Shown: positions 43,401 to 58,400 of the stretch, piece after piece
How positions within the stretch are numbered: position 1 is the first letter of the stretch
How the letters are laid out: each line of letters opens with the position of its first letter
NCBI GenBank assembly: GCA_030390025.1
Contig: JASTWF010000359.1
Coordinates: 310,001-374,000, forward strand
Length of the DNA stretch: 64,000 bases
Direction of reading: 5' to 3'
Origin: Squalus acanthias
Lineage: Eukaryota
The notes under the pieces: model-generated
Databases searched by the model: none
What the model was told of the DNA's origin: nothing
The model's input: only the letters and a program-made list of their open reading frames with translations
Program-made: the position numbers and the translations under genes

Positions 43401-46400
43401 CACCGTGTCTCCTATATTTATAAACACGACACCGTGTCCCCTGTATTTATAAACACGACACCGTGTCTCCTGTATTTATAAACACGATACCGTGTCTCCT
43501 GTATTGATAAACACGACACTGTGTCTCCTGTATTTATAAACACGATACCGTGTCTCCTGTATTTATAAACACGACACCGTGTCTCCTGTATTTATAAACA
43601 CGATACCGTGTCTCCTGTATTTATAAACACAACACCGTGTCTCCTGTATTTATAAACACAACACCGTGTCTCCTGTATTTATAAACATGACACTGTGTCT
43701 CCTGTATTTATAAACACGACACCGTGTCTCCTGTATTTATAAACACGACACCGTGTCTCCTGTATTTATAAACATGATACCGTGTCTCCTGTATTTATAA
43801 ACACGACACTGTGTCTCCTGTATTTATAAACACGACACCGTGTCTCCTGTATTTATAAACACGACACCGTGTCACCTGTATTTATAAACACGATACCGTG
43901 TCTCCTGTATTTATAAACACGACACCGTGTGTCCTGTATTTATAAACACGACACCGTGTCTCCTGTATTTATAAACACGACACTGTGTCTCCTGTATTTA
44001 TAAACACGATACCGTGTCTCCTGTATTTATAAACACGACACCGTGTCTCCTGTATTTATAAACACGATACCGTGTCTCCTGTATTTATAAACACGACACC
44101 GTGTCTCCTGTATTTATAAACACGACACCGTGTCTCCTGAATTTATAAACACGACACCGTGTCTCCTGTATTTATAAACACGACACTGTGTCCCCTGTAT
44201 TTATAAACACGATACCGTGTCTCCTGTATTTATAAACACGACACTGTGTCTCCTGTATTTATAAACACGACACCGTGTCTCCTGTATTTATAAACACGAC
44301 ACCGTGTCCCCTGTATTTATAAACACGACACCGTGTCCCCTGTATTTATAAACACGACACCGTGTCTCCTGTATTTATAAACACGACACCGTGTCTCCTG
44401 TATTTATAAACACGATATCGTGTCTCCTGTATTTATAAACACGATACCGTGTCCCCTGTATTTATAAACACGACACCGTGTCCCCTGTATTTATAAACAC
44501 GATACCGTGTCTCCTGTATTTATAAACACGATACCGTGTCCCCTGTATTTATAAACACGACACCGTGTCCCCTGTATTTATAAACACGATACCGTGTCTC
44601 CTGTATTTATAAACACGATACCGTGTCCCCTGTATTTATAAACACGATACCGTGTCCCCTGTATTTATAAACACGATATCGTGTCTCCTGTATTTATAAA
44701 CACGACACCGTGTCTCCTGTATTTATAAACACGACACCGTGTCTCCTGTATTTATAAACACGACACCGTGTCCCCTGTATTTATAAACACGACACCGTGT
44801 CTCCTGTATTTATAAACACGATACCGTGTCTCTTGTATTCATAAACACGACACCGTGTCTCCTGTATTTATAAACACGATACCGTGTCTCCTGTATTTAT
44901 AAACACGACACCGTGTCTCCTGTATTTATAAACACGACACCGTGTCTCCTGTATTTATAAACACGACACCGTGTCTCCTGTATTGATAAACACGACACCG
45001 TGTCTCCTGTATTTATAAACACGACACGATGTCCCCTGTATTTATAAACACGACACCGTGTCTCCTGTATTGATAAACACGACACTGTGTCCAATGAATT
45101 TATAAACACGACACCGTGTCTCCTGTATTTATAAACACGACACCGTGTCCCCTTTATTTATAAACACGACACGATGTCCCCTGTATTGATAAACACGACA
45201 CCGTGTCCCCTGTATTTATAAACACGATACCGTGTCTCCTGTAGTTATAAACACGATACCGTGTCTCCTGTATTTATAAACACGACACTGTGTCCCATGT
45301 ATTTATAAACACGACACCGTGTCTCCTGTATTTATAAACACGACACCGTGTCCCCTGTATTTATAAACACGACACCGTGTCCCCTGTATTTATAAACACG
45401 ACACCATGTCTCCTGTATTTATAAACACGACACCGTGTCTCCTGTATTTATAAACACAATACTGTGTCCTCTGTATTTATAAACACGACACCGTGTCTCC
45501 TGTATTTATAAACACGACACCGTGTCACCTGTATTTATAAACACGACACCGTGTCTCCTGTATTTATAAACACGACACCGTGTCTCCTGTATTTATAAAC
45601 ACGACACCGTGTCTCCTGTATTTATAAACACGATACCGTGTCCCCTGTATTTATAAACACAATACTGTGTCCCCTGTATTTATAAACACGACACCGTGTC
45701 TCCTGTAATTATAAACACGATACCGTGTCTCCTGTATTTATAAACACGACACCGTGTCTCCTGTAATTATAAACACGATACTGTGTCCCCTGTATTTATA
45801 AACACGACACCGTGTCTCCTGTATTTATAAACACGACACCGTGTCCCCTGTATTTATAAACACGACACTGTGTCTCCTGTATTTATAAACACGATACCGT
45901 GTCCCCTGTATTTATAAACACGACACCGTGTCTCCTGTATTTATAAACACGATACCGTGTCTCCTGTATTTATAAACACGATACCGTGTCTCCTGTATTT
46001 ATAAACACGATACCGTGTCTCCTGTATTTATAAACACGATACCGTGTCTCCTGTATTTATAAACACGACACTGTGTCTCCTGTATTTATAAACACGACAC
46101 CGTGTCCCCTGTATTTATAAACACGACACTGTGTCTCCTGTATTTATAAACACGATACCGTGTCCCCTGTATTTATAAACACGATACCGTGTCTCCTGTA
46201 TTTATAAACACGACACCGTGTCCCCTGTATTTATAAACACGACACTGTGTCTCCTGTATTTATAAACACGATACCGTGTCCCCTGTATTTATAAACACGA
46301 CACCGTGTCTCCTGTATTTATAAACACGATACCGTGTCTCCTGTATTTATAAACACGATACCGTGTCTCCTGTATTTATAAACACGATACCGTGTCTCCT

Positions 46401-49400
46401 GTATTTATAAACACGATACCGTGTCTCCTGTATTTATAAACACGACACTGTGTCTCCTGTAATTATAAACACGATACTGTGTCCCCTGTATTTATAAACA
46501 CGACACCGTGTCTCCTGTATTTATAAACATGACACCGTGTCTCCTGTATTTATAAACACGATACCGTGTCCCCTGTATTTATAAACACGACACCGTGTCC
46601 CCTGTATTTATAAACACGACAACGTGTCTCCTGTATTTATAAACACGATACCCAGTATCCTGTTTTTATAAACACAACAACGTGTCTCCTGTATTTATAA
46701 ACACGATACCGTGTCTCCTGTATTTATAAACACGACACCGTGTCACCTGTATTTATAAACACGATACCGTGTCGCATGTATTTATAAACACGATACCGTG
46801 TCTCCTGTATTTATAAACACGATACCGTGTCTCCTGTATTTATAAACACGACACCGTGTCTCCTGTATTTATAAACACGACACCGTGTCTCCTGTATTTA
46901 TAAACACGATACCGTGTCTCCTGTATTTATAAACACGATTCCGTGTCCCATGTATTTATAAACACGATACCGTGTCCCCTGTAGTTATAAACACGACACC
47001 GTGTCTCCTGTATTTATAAACACGACACCGTGTCTCCTGTATTTATAAACACGACAACGTGTCCCCTGTATTTATAAACACGACACCGTGTCTCCTGTAT
47101 TTATAAACACGACACTGTGTCCCCTGTATTTATAAACACGATACCGTGTCTCCTGTATTGATAAACACGACACTGTGTCTCCTGTATTTATAAACACGAC
47201 ACCGTGTCTCCTATATATATAAACATGACACCGTGTCCCCTGTATTTATAAACACGACACCGTGTCTCCTGTATTTATAAACACGACACCGTGTCTCCTG
47301 TATTTATAAACACGACACCGTGTCTCCTGTATTTATAAACACGATACCGTGTCTCCTGTATTGATAAACACGACACTGTGTCTCCTGTATTTATAAACAC
47401 GACACCGTGTCCCCTGTATTTATAAACATGACACCGTGTTTCCTGTATTGATAAACACGACACTGTGTCTCCTGTATTTATAAACACGACACCGTGTCTC
47501 CTGTATTTATAAACACGATACCGTGTCTCCTGTATTGATAAACACGACACTGTGTCTCCTGTATTTATAAACACGACATCGTGTCTCCTGTATTTATAAA
47601 CACGATACCGTGTCTCCTGTATTGATAAACACGACACTGTGTCTCCTGTATTTATAAACACGACACCGTGTCTCCTATATTTATAAACACGACACCGTGT
47701 CCCCTGTATTTATAAACACGACACCGTGTCTCCTGTATTTATAAACACGATACCGTGTCTCCTGTATTGATAAACACGACACTGTGTCTCCTGTATTTAT
47801 AAACACGATACCGTGTCTCCTGTATTTATAAACACGACACCGTGTCTCCTGTATTTATAAACACGATACCGTGTCTCCTGTATTTATAAACACAACACCG
47901 TGTCTCCTGTATTTATAAACACAACACCGTGTCTCCTGTATTTATAAACATGACACTGTGTCTCCTGTATTTATAAACACGACACCGTGTCTCCTGTATT
48001 TATAAACACGACACCGTGTCTCCTGTATTTATAAACATGATACCGTGTCTCCTGTATTTATAAACACGACACTGTGTCTCCTGTATTTATAAACACGACA
48101 CCGTGTCTCCTGTATTTATAAACACGACACCGTGTCACCTGTATTTATAAACACGATACCGTGTCTCCTGTATTTATAAACACGACACCGTGTGTCCTGT
48201 ATTTATAAACACGACACCGTGTCTCCTGTATTTATAAACACGACACTGTGTCTCCTGTATTTATAAACACGATACCGTGTCTCCTGTATTTATAAACACG
48301 ACACCGTGTCTCCTGTATTTATAAACACGATACCGTGTCTCCTGTATTTATAAACACGACACCGTGTCTCCTGTATTTATAAACACGACACCGTGTCTCC
48401 TGAATTTATAAACACGACACCGTGTCTCCTGTATTTATAAACACGACACTGTGTCCCCTGTATTTATAAACACGATACCGTGTCTCCTGTATTTATAAAC
48501 ACGACACTGTGTCTCCTGTATTTATAAACACGACACCGTGTCTCCTGTATTTATAAACACGACACCGTGTCCCCTGTATTTATAAACACGACACCGTGTC
48601 CCCTGTATTTATAAACACGACACCGTGTCTCCTGTATTTATAAACACGACACCGTGTCTCCTGTATTTATAAACACGATATCGTGTCTCCTGTATTTATA
48701 AACACGATACCGTGTCCCCTGTATTTATAAACACGACACCGTGTCCCCTGTATTTATAACCACGATACCGTGTCTCCTGTATTTATAAACACGATACCGT
48801 GTCCCCTGTATTTATAAACACGACACCGTGTCCCCTGTATTTATAAACACGATACCGTGTCTCCTGTATTTATAAACACGATACCGTGTCCCCTGTATTT
48901 ATAACCACGATACCGTGTCCCCTGTATTTATAAACACGATATCGTGTCTCCTGTATTTATAAACACGACACCGTGTCTCCTGTATTTATAAACACGACAC
49001 CGTGTCTCCTGTATTTATAAACACGACACCGTGTCCCCTGTATTTATAAACACGACACCGTGTCTCCTGTATTTATAAACACGATACCGTGTCTCTTGTA
49101 TTCATAAACACGACACCGTGTCTCCTGTATTTATAAACACGATACCGTGTCTCCTGTATTTATAAACACGACACCGTGTCTCCTGTATTTATAAACACGA
49201 CACCGTGTCTCCTGTATTTATAAACACGACACCGTGTCTCCTGTATTGATAAACACGACACCGTGTCTCCTGTATTTATAAACACGACACGATGTCCCCT
49301 GTATTTATAAACACGACACCGTGTCTCCTGTATTGATAAACACGACACTGTGTCCAATGAATTTATAAACACGACACCGTGTCTCCTGTATTTATAAACA

Positions 49401-52400
49401 CGACACCGTGTCCCCTTTATTTATAAACACGACACGATGTCCCCTGTATTGATAAACACGACACCGTGTCCCCTGTATTTATAAACACGATACCGTGTCT
49501 CCTGTAGTTATAAACACGATACCGTGTCTCCTGTATTTATAAACACGACACTGTGTCCCATGTATTTATAAACACGACACCGTGTCTCCTGTATTTATAA
49601 ACACGACACCGTGTCCCCTGTATTTATAAACACGACACCGTGTCCCCTGTATTTATAAACACGACACCATGTCTCCTGTATTTATAAACACGACACCGTG
49701 TCTCCTGTATTTATAAACACAATACTGTGTCCTCTGTATTTATAAACACGACACCGTGTCTCCTGTATTTATAAACACGACACCGTGTCACCTGTATTTA
49801 TAAACACGACACCGTGTCTCCTGTATTTATAAACACGACACCGTGTCTCCTGTATTTATAAACACGACACCGTGTCTCCTGTATTTATAAACACGATACC
49901 GTGTCCCCTGTATTTATAAACACAATACTGTGTCCCCTGTATTTATAAACACGACACCGTGTCTCCTGTAATTATAAACACGATACCGTGTCTCCTGTAT
50001 TTATAAACACGACACCGTGTCTCCTGTAATTATAAACACGATACTGTGTCCCCTGTATTTATAAACACGACACCGTGTCTCCTGTATTTATAAACACGAC
50101 ACCGTGTCCCCTGTATTTATAAACACGACACTGTGTCTCCTGTATTTATAAACACGATACCGTGTCCCCTGTATTTATAAACACGACACCGTGTCTCCTG
50201 TATTTATAAACACGATACCGTGTCTCCTGTATTTATAAACACGATACCGTGTCTCCTGTATTTATAAACACGATACCGTGTCTCCTGTATTTATAAACAC
50301 GATACCGTGTCTCCTGTATTTATAAACACGACACCGTGTCTCCTGTTTTTATAAACACGACACCGTGTCCCCTGTATTTATAAACACGATACCGTGTCTC
50401 CTGTATTTATAAACACGATACCGTGTCTCCTGTATTTATAAACACGATACCGTGTCTCCTGTATTTATAAACACGACACTGTGTCTCCTGTAATTATAAA
50501 CACGATACTGTGTCCCCTGTATTTATAAACACGACACCGTGTCTCCTGTATTTATAAACACGACACCGTGTCTCCTGTATTTATAAACACGATACCGTGT
50601 CCCCTGTATTTATAAACACGACACCGTGTCCCCTGTATTTATAAACACGACAACGTGTCTCCTGTATTTATAAACACGATACCCAGTATCCTGTTTTTAT
50701 AAACACAACAACGTGTCTCCTGTATTTATAAACACGATACCGTGTCTCCTGTATTTATAAACACGACACCGTGTCACCTGTATTTATAAACACGATACCG
50801 TGTCGCATGTATTTATAAACACGATACCGTGTCTCCTGTATTTATAAACACGATACCGTGTCTCCTGTATTTATAAACACGACACCGTGTCTCCTGTATT
50901 TATAAACACGACACCGTGTCTCCTGTATTTATAAACACGATACCGTGTCTCCTGTATTTATAAACACGATTCCGTGTCCCATGTATTTATAAACACGATA
51001 CCGTGTCCCCTGTAGTTATAAACACGACACCGTGTCTCCTGTATTTATAAACACGACACCGTGTCTCCTGTATTTATAAACACGACACCGTGTCTCCTGT
51101 ATTTATAAACACGACACTGTGTCTCCTGTATTTATAAACACGACACCGTGTCTCCTGTATTTATAAACACGATACCGTGTCTCCTGTATTTATAAACACG
51201 ACACCGTGTCTCCTGTATTTATAAACACGACACCGTGTCTCCTGTATTTATAAACACGATACCGTGTCCCCTGTATTATAAACACGACACCGTGTCTCCT
51301 GTATTATAAACACGACACCGTGTCTCCTGTATTTATAAACACGATACCGTGTCCCCTGTATTGATAAACACGATACCGTGTCTCCTGTATTTATAAACAC
51401 GACACAATGTCTCCTGTATTATAAACACGATACCGTGTCTCCTGTATTTATAAACACGACACCGTGTCTCCTGTATTTAGAAACACGATACCGTGTCCCC
51501 TGTATTATAAACACGACACCGTGTCTCCTGTATTATAAACACGACACCGTGTCTCCTGTATTTATAAACACGACACCGTGTCCCCTGTATTTATAAACAC
51601 GATACCCAGTATCCTGTATTTATAAACACAACAACGTGTCTCCTGTATTTATAAACACGACACCGTGTCTCCTGTATTTATAAACACGACACCGTGTCCC
51701 CTGTATTTATAAACACGACACCGTGTCTCCTGTATTTATAAACACAACAACGTGTCCCCTGTATTTATAAACACGATACCCAGTATCCTGTATTTATAAA
51801 CACGACACCGTGTCTCCTGTATTTATAAACACGATACCGTGTCTCCTGTATTTATAAACACGATACCGTGTCCCCTGTATTTATAAACACGACACCGTGT
51901 CCCATGTATTTATAAACACGATACCGTGTCCCCTGTATTTATAAACACGACACCGTGTCCCCTGTATTTATAAACACGATACCGTGTCCCCTGTATTTAT
52001 AAACATGACACCGTGTCTCCTGTATTTATAAACACGACACCGTGTCCCCTGTATTGATAAACACGACACCATGTCTCCTGTATTTATAAACACGACACCG
52101 TGTCCCCTGTATTTATAAACACGATATCGTGTCTCCTGTATTTATAAACACGACACCGTGTCTCCTGTATTTATAAACACGATACCGTGTCTCCTGTATT
52201 TATAAACACGACACCGTGTCTCCTGTATTTATAAACACGACACCATGTCCCATGTATTTATAAACACGACACTGTGTCTCCTCTATTTATAAACACGACA
52301 CCATGTCCCATGTATTTATAAACACGACACCGTGTCTCCTGTATTTATAAACACGACACCATGTCCCATGTATTTATAAACACGACACTGTGTCTCCTGT

Positions 52401-55400
52401 ATTTATAAACACGACACCGTGTCTCCTGTATTTATAAACACGACACCGTGTCCCCTGTATTTATAAACACGACACCGTGTCTCCTGTATTTATAAACACG
52501 ACACCGTGTCCCCTGTATTTATAAACACGACACCGTGTCCCCTGTATTTATAAACACGACACCGTGTCCCCTGTATTTATAAACACGACACCGTGTCCCC
52601 TGTATTTATAAACACGACACCGTGTCCCCTGTATTTATAAACACGACACCGTGTCTCCTGTATTTATAAACACGACACCGTGTCCCCTGTATTTATAAAC
52701 ACGACACCGTGTCCCCTGTATTTATAAACACGACACTGTGTCTCCTGTATTTATAAACACGACACCGTGTCTCCTGTATTTATAAACACGACACCGTGTC
52801 CCCTGTATTTATAAACACGACACCGTGTCCCCTGTATTTATAAACACGACACCGTGTCCCCTGTATTTATAAACACGACACCGTGTCCCCTGTATTTATA
52901 AACACGACACCGTGTCCCCTGTATTTATAAACACGACACCGTGTCTCCTGTATTTATAAACACGACACCGTGTCCCCTGTATTTATAAACACGACACCGT
53001 GTCCCCTGTATTTATAAACACGACACCGTGTCTCCTGTATTTATAAACACGACACCGTGTCTCCTGTATTTATAAACACGACACCGTGTCCCCTGTATTT
53101 ATAAACACGACACCGTGTCTCCTGTATTGATAAACACGATACCGTGTCCCCTGTATTTATAAACACTACACCATGTCCCATGTATTTATAAACACGACAC
53201 CGTGTCTCCTGTATTTACAAACACGATACCGTGTCCCATGTATTTATAAACAGGATACCGTGTCTCCTGTATTTATAAACACGATACCGTGTCCCATGTA
53301 TTTATAAACAGGATACCGTGTCTCCTGTATTTATAAACACGACACCGTGTCCCCTGTATTTATAAACACGACACTGTGTCTCCTGTATTTATAAACACGA
53401 CACCGTGTCTCCTGTATTTATAAACACGACACCGTGTCCCCTGTATTTATAAACACGACACCGTGTCTCCTGTATTTATAAACACGACACCGTGTCCCAT
53501 GTATTTATAAACACGATACCGTGTCTCCTGTATTTATAAACACGACACCGTGTCTCCTGCCTTTATAAACACGACACCGTGTCCCCTGTATTTATAAACA
53601 CGACACCGTTTCCCCTGTATTTATAAACACGACACCGTGTCCCCTGTATTTATAAACACGACACCGTGTCCCCTGTATTTATAAACACGACACCGTGTCT
53701 CCTGTATTTATAAACACGATACCGTGTCTCCTGTATTGATAAACACGACACTGTGTCTCCTGTATTTATAAACACGACACCGTGTCCCCTGTATTTATAA
53801 ACACGACACCGTGTCTCCTGTATTTATAAACACGATACCGTGTCTCCTGTATTGATAAACACGACACTGTGTCTCCTGTATTTATAAACACGACACCGTG
53901 TCCCCTGTATTTATAAACACGATACCGTGTCTCCTGTATTTATAAACACGACACCGTGTCTCCTGTATTGATAAACACGACACTGTGTCTCCTGTATTTA
54001 TAAACACGACACCGTGTCTCCTGTATTTATAAACACGACACTGTGTCTCCTGTATTTATAAACACGACACCGTGTCTCCTGTATTTATAAACACGATACC
54101 GTGTCTCCTGTATTGATAAACACGACACTGTGTGTCCTGTATTTATAAACACGACACCGTGTCTCCTATATTTATAAACACGACACCGTGTCCCCTGTAT
54201 TTATAAACACGACACCGTGTCCCCTGTATTTATAAACACGACACCGTGTCCCCTGTATTTATAAACACGACACCGTGTCTCCTGTATTTATAAACACGAT
54301 ACCGTGTCTCCTGTATTGATAAACACGACACTGTGTCTCCTGTATTTATAAACACGACACCGTGTCTCCTGTATTTATAAACACGACACCGTGTCTCCGA
54401 TATTTATAAACACGACACCGTGTCTCCTGTATTTATAAACACGACACTGTGTCTCCTGTATTTATAAACACGACACCGTGTCTCCTGTATTTATAAACAC
54501 GATACCGTGTCTCCTGTATTGATAAACACGACACTGTGTGTCCTGTATTTATAAACACGACACCGTGTCTCCTGTATTTATAAACACGACACCATGTCCC
54601 ATGTATTTATAAACACGACACTGTGTCTCCTGTATTTATAAACACGACACCGTGTCTCCTGTATTTATAAACACGACACTGTGTCTCCTGTATTTATAAA
54701 CACGACACCGTGTCTCCTGTATTTATAAACACGATACCGTGTCTCCTGTATTTATAAACACGACACCGTGTCTCCTGTATTTATAAACACGACACCGTGT
54801 CTCCTGTATTTATAAACACGATACCGTGTCCCCTGTATTATAAACACGACACCGTGTCTCCTGTATTATAAACACGACACCGTGTCTCCTGTATTATAAA
54901 CACGATACCGTGTCTCCTGTATTTAAAAACACGACACCGTGTCTCCTGTATTTATAAACACGACACAATGTCTCCTGTATTATAAACACGATACCGTGTC
55001 TCCTGTATTTATAAACACGATACCGTGTCCCCTGTATTATAAACACGACACCGTGTCTCCTGTATTATAAACACGACACCGTGTCTCCTGTATTTATAAA
55101 CACGACACCGTGTCCCCTGTTTTTATAAACACGATACCCAGTATCCTGTATTTATAAACACAACAACGTGTCTCCTGTATTTATAAACACGACACCGTGT
55201 CTCCTGTATTTATAAACACGACACCGTGTCCCCTGTATTTATAAACACGACACCGTGTCTCCTGTATTTATAAACACAACAACGTGTCTCCTGTATTTAT
55301 AAACACAACACCGTGTCCCCTGTATTTATAAACACGATACCCAGTATCCTGTATTTATAAACACGACACCGTGTCTCCTGTATTTATAAACACGATACCG

Positions 55401-58400
55401 TGTCTCCTGTATTTATAAACACGATACCGTGTCCCCTGTATTTATAAACACGACACCGTGTCCCATGTATTTATAAACACGATACCGTGTCCCCTGTATT
55501 TATAAACACGACACCGTGTCCCATGTATTTATAAACACGATACCGTGTCCCCTGTATTTATAAACACGACACCGTGTCCCCTGTATTTATAAACACGATA
55601 CCGTGTCTCCTATATTTATAAACATGACACCGTGTCTCCTGTATTTATAAACACGACACCGTGTCCCCTGTATTGATAAACACGACACCATGTCTCCTGT
55701 ATTTATAAACACGACACCGTGTCCCCTGTATTTATAAACACGATATCGTGTCTCCTGTATTTATAAACACGACACCGTGTCTCCTGTATTTATAAACACG
55801 ATACCGTGTCTCCTGTATTTATAAACACGACACCGTGTCTCCTGTATTTATAAACACGACACCATGTCCCATGGATTTATAAACACGACACTGTGTCTCC
55901 TGTATTTATAAACACTACACCATGTCCCATGTATTTATAAACACGACACCGTGTCTCCTGTATTTATAAACACGACACCATGTCCCATGTATTTATAAAC
56001 ACGACACTGTGTCTCCTGTATTTATAAACACGATACCCTGTCTCCTGTATTGATAAACACGATACCGTGTCCCCTGTATTTATAAACACTACACCATGTC
56101 CCATGTATTTATAAACACGACACCGTGTCTCCTGTATTTACAAACACGATACCGTGTCCCATGTATTTATAAACAGGATACCGTGTCTCCTGTATTTATA
56201 AACACGATACCGTGTCCCATGTATTTATAAACAGGATACCGTGTCTCCTGTATTTATAAACACGACACCGTGTCCCCTGTATTTATAAACACGACACTGT
56301 GTCTCCTGTATTTATAAACACGACACCGTGTCTCCTGTATTTATAAACACGACACCGTGTCCCCTGTATTTATAAACACGACACCGTGTCTCCTGTATTT
56401 ATAAACACGACACCGTGTCCCATGTATTTATAAACACGATACCGTGTCTCCTGTATTTATAAACACGACACCGTGTCTCCTGCCTTTATAAACACGACAC
56501 CGTGTCCCCTGTATTTATAAACACGACACCGTGTCCCCTGTATTTATAAACACGACACCGTGTCCCCTGTATTTATAAACACGACACCGTGTCCCCTGTA
56601 TTTATAAACACGACACCGTGTCTCCTGTATTTATAAACACGATACCGTGTCTCCTGTATTGATAAACACGACACTGTGTCTCCTGTATTTATAAACACGA
56701 CACCGTGTCTCCTGTATTTATAAACACGATACCGTGTCCCCTGTATTGATAAACACGACACTGTGTCTCCTGTATTTATAAACACGACACCGTGTCTCCT
56801 GTATTTATAAACACGACACTGTGTCTCCTGTATTTATAAACACGACACCGTGTCTCCTGTATTTATAAACACGATACCGTGTCTCCTGTATTGATAAACA
56901 CGACACTGTGTGTCCTGTATTTATAAACACGACACCGTGTCTCCTATATTTATAAACACGACACCGTATCCCCTGTATTTATAAACACGACACCGTGTCC
57001 CCTGTATTTATAAACACGACACCGTGTCCCCTGTATTTATAAACACGACACCGTGTCTCCTGTATTTATAAACACGATACCGTGTCTCCTGTATTGATAA
57101 ACACGACACTGTGTCTCCTGTATTTATAAACACGACACCGTGTCTCCTGTATTTATAAACACGACACCGTGTCTCCTATATTTATAAACACGACACCGTG
57201 TCTCCTGTATTTATAAACACGACACTGTGTCTCCTGTATTTATAAACACGACACCGTGTCTCCTGTATTTATAAACACGATACCGTGTCTCCTGTATTGA
57301 TAAACACGACACTGTGTGTCCTGTATTTATAAACACGACACCGTGTCTCCTATATTTATAAACACGACACCGTGTCCCCTGTATTTATAAACACGACACC
57401 GTGTCTCCTGTATTTATAAACACGATACCGTGTCTCCTGTATTGATAAACACGACACTGTGTCTCCTGTATTTATAAACACGATACCGTGTCTCCTGTAT
57501 TTATAAACACGATACCGTGTCTCCTGTATTTATAAACACGACACTGTGTCCCCTGTATTTATAAACACGATACCGTGTCTCCTGTATTTATAAACACGAT
57601 ATCGTGTCTCCTGTATTTATAAACACGACACCGTGTCTCCTGTATTTATAAACACGATATCGTGTCTCCTGTATTTATAAACACGACACCGTGTCTCCTG
57701 TATTTATAAACACGACACCGTGTCTCCTGTATTTATAAACACGATATCGTGTCTCCTGTATTTATAAACACGACACCGTGTCTCCTGTATTTATAAACAC
57801 GACACCGTGTCTCCTGTATTTATAAACACGATACCGTGTCCCCTGTATTTATAAACACGATACCGTGTCCCCTGTATTTATAACCACGATACCGTGTCCC
57901 CTGTATTTATAAACACGATATCGTGTCTCCTGTATTTATAAACACGATACCGTGTCCCCTGTATTTATAAACACGACACCGTGTCCCCTGTATTTATAAA
58001 CACGACACCGTGTCCCCTGTATTTATAAACACGATACCGTGTCTCCTGTATTTATAAACACGACACCGTGTCCCCTGTATTTATAAACACGATACCGTGT
58101 CTCCTGTATTGATAAACACGACACCGTGTCTCCTGTATTTATAAACACGATACCGTGTCCCCTGTATTTATAAACACGACACCGTGTCCCCTGTATTTAT
58201 AAACACGATACCGTGTCTCCTGTATTTATAAACACGACACCGTGTCCCCTGTATTTATAAACACGACACCGTGTCTCCTGTATTTATAAACACGACACCG
58301 TGTCCCCTGTATTTATAAACACGACACCGTGTCCCCTGTATTTATAAACACGATACCGTGTCTCCTGTATTTATAAACACGACACCGTGTCCCCTGTATT

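Noticed and set aside
34432..56785. MFINTGDTVSCL... ORFs
   Set aside because: Translations of the 29-bp satellite where a variant removes a stop codon.
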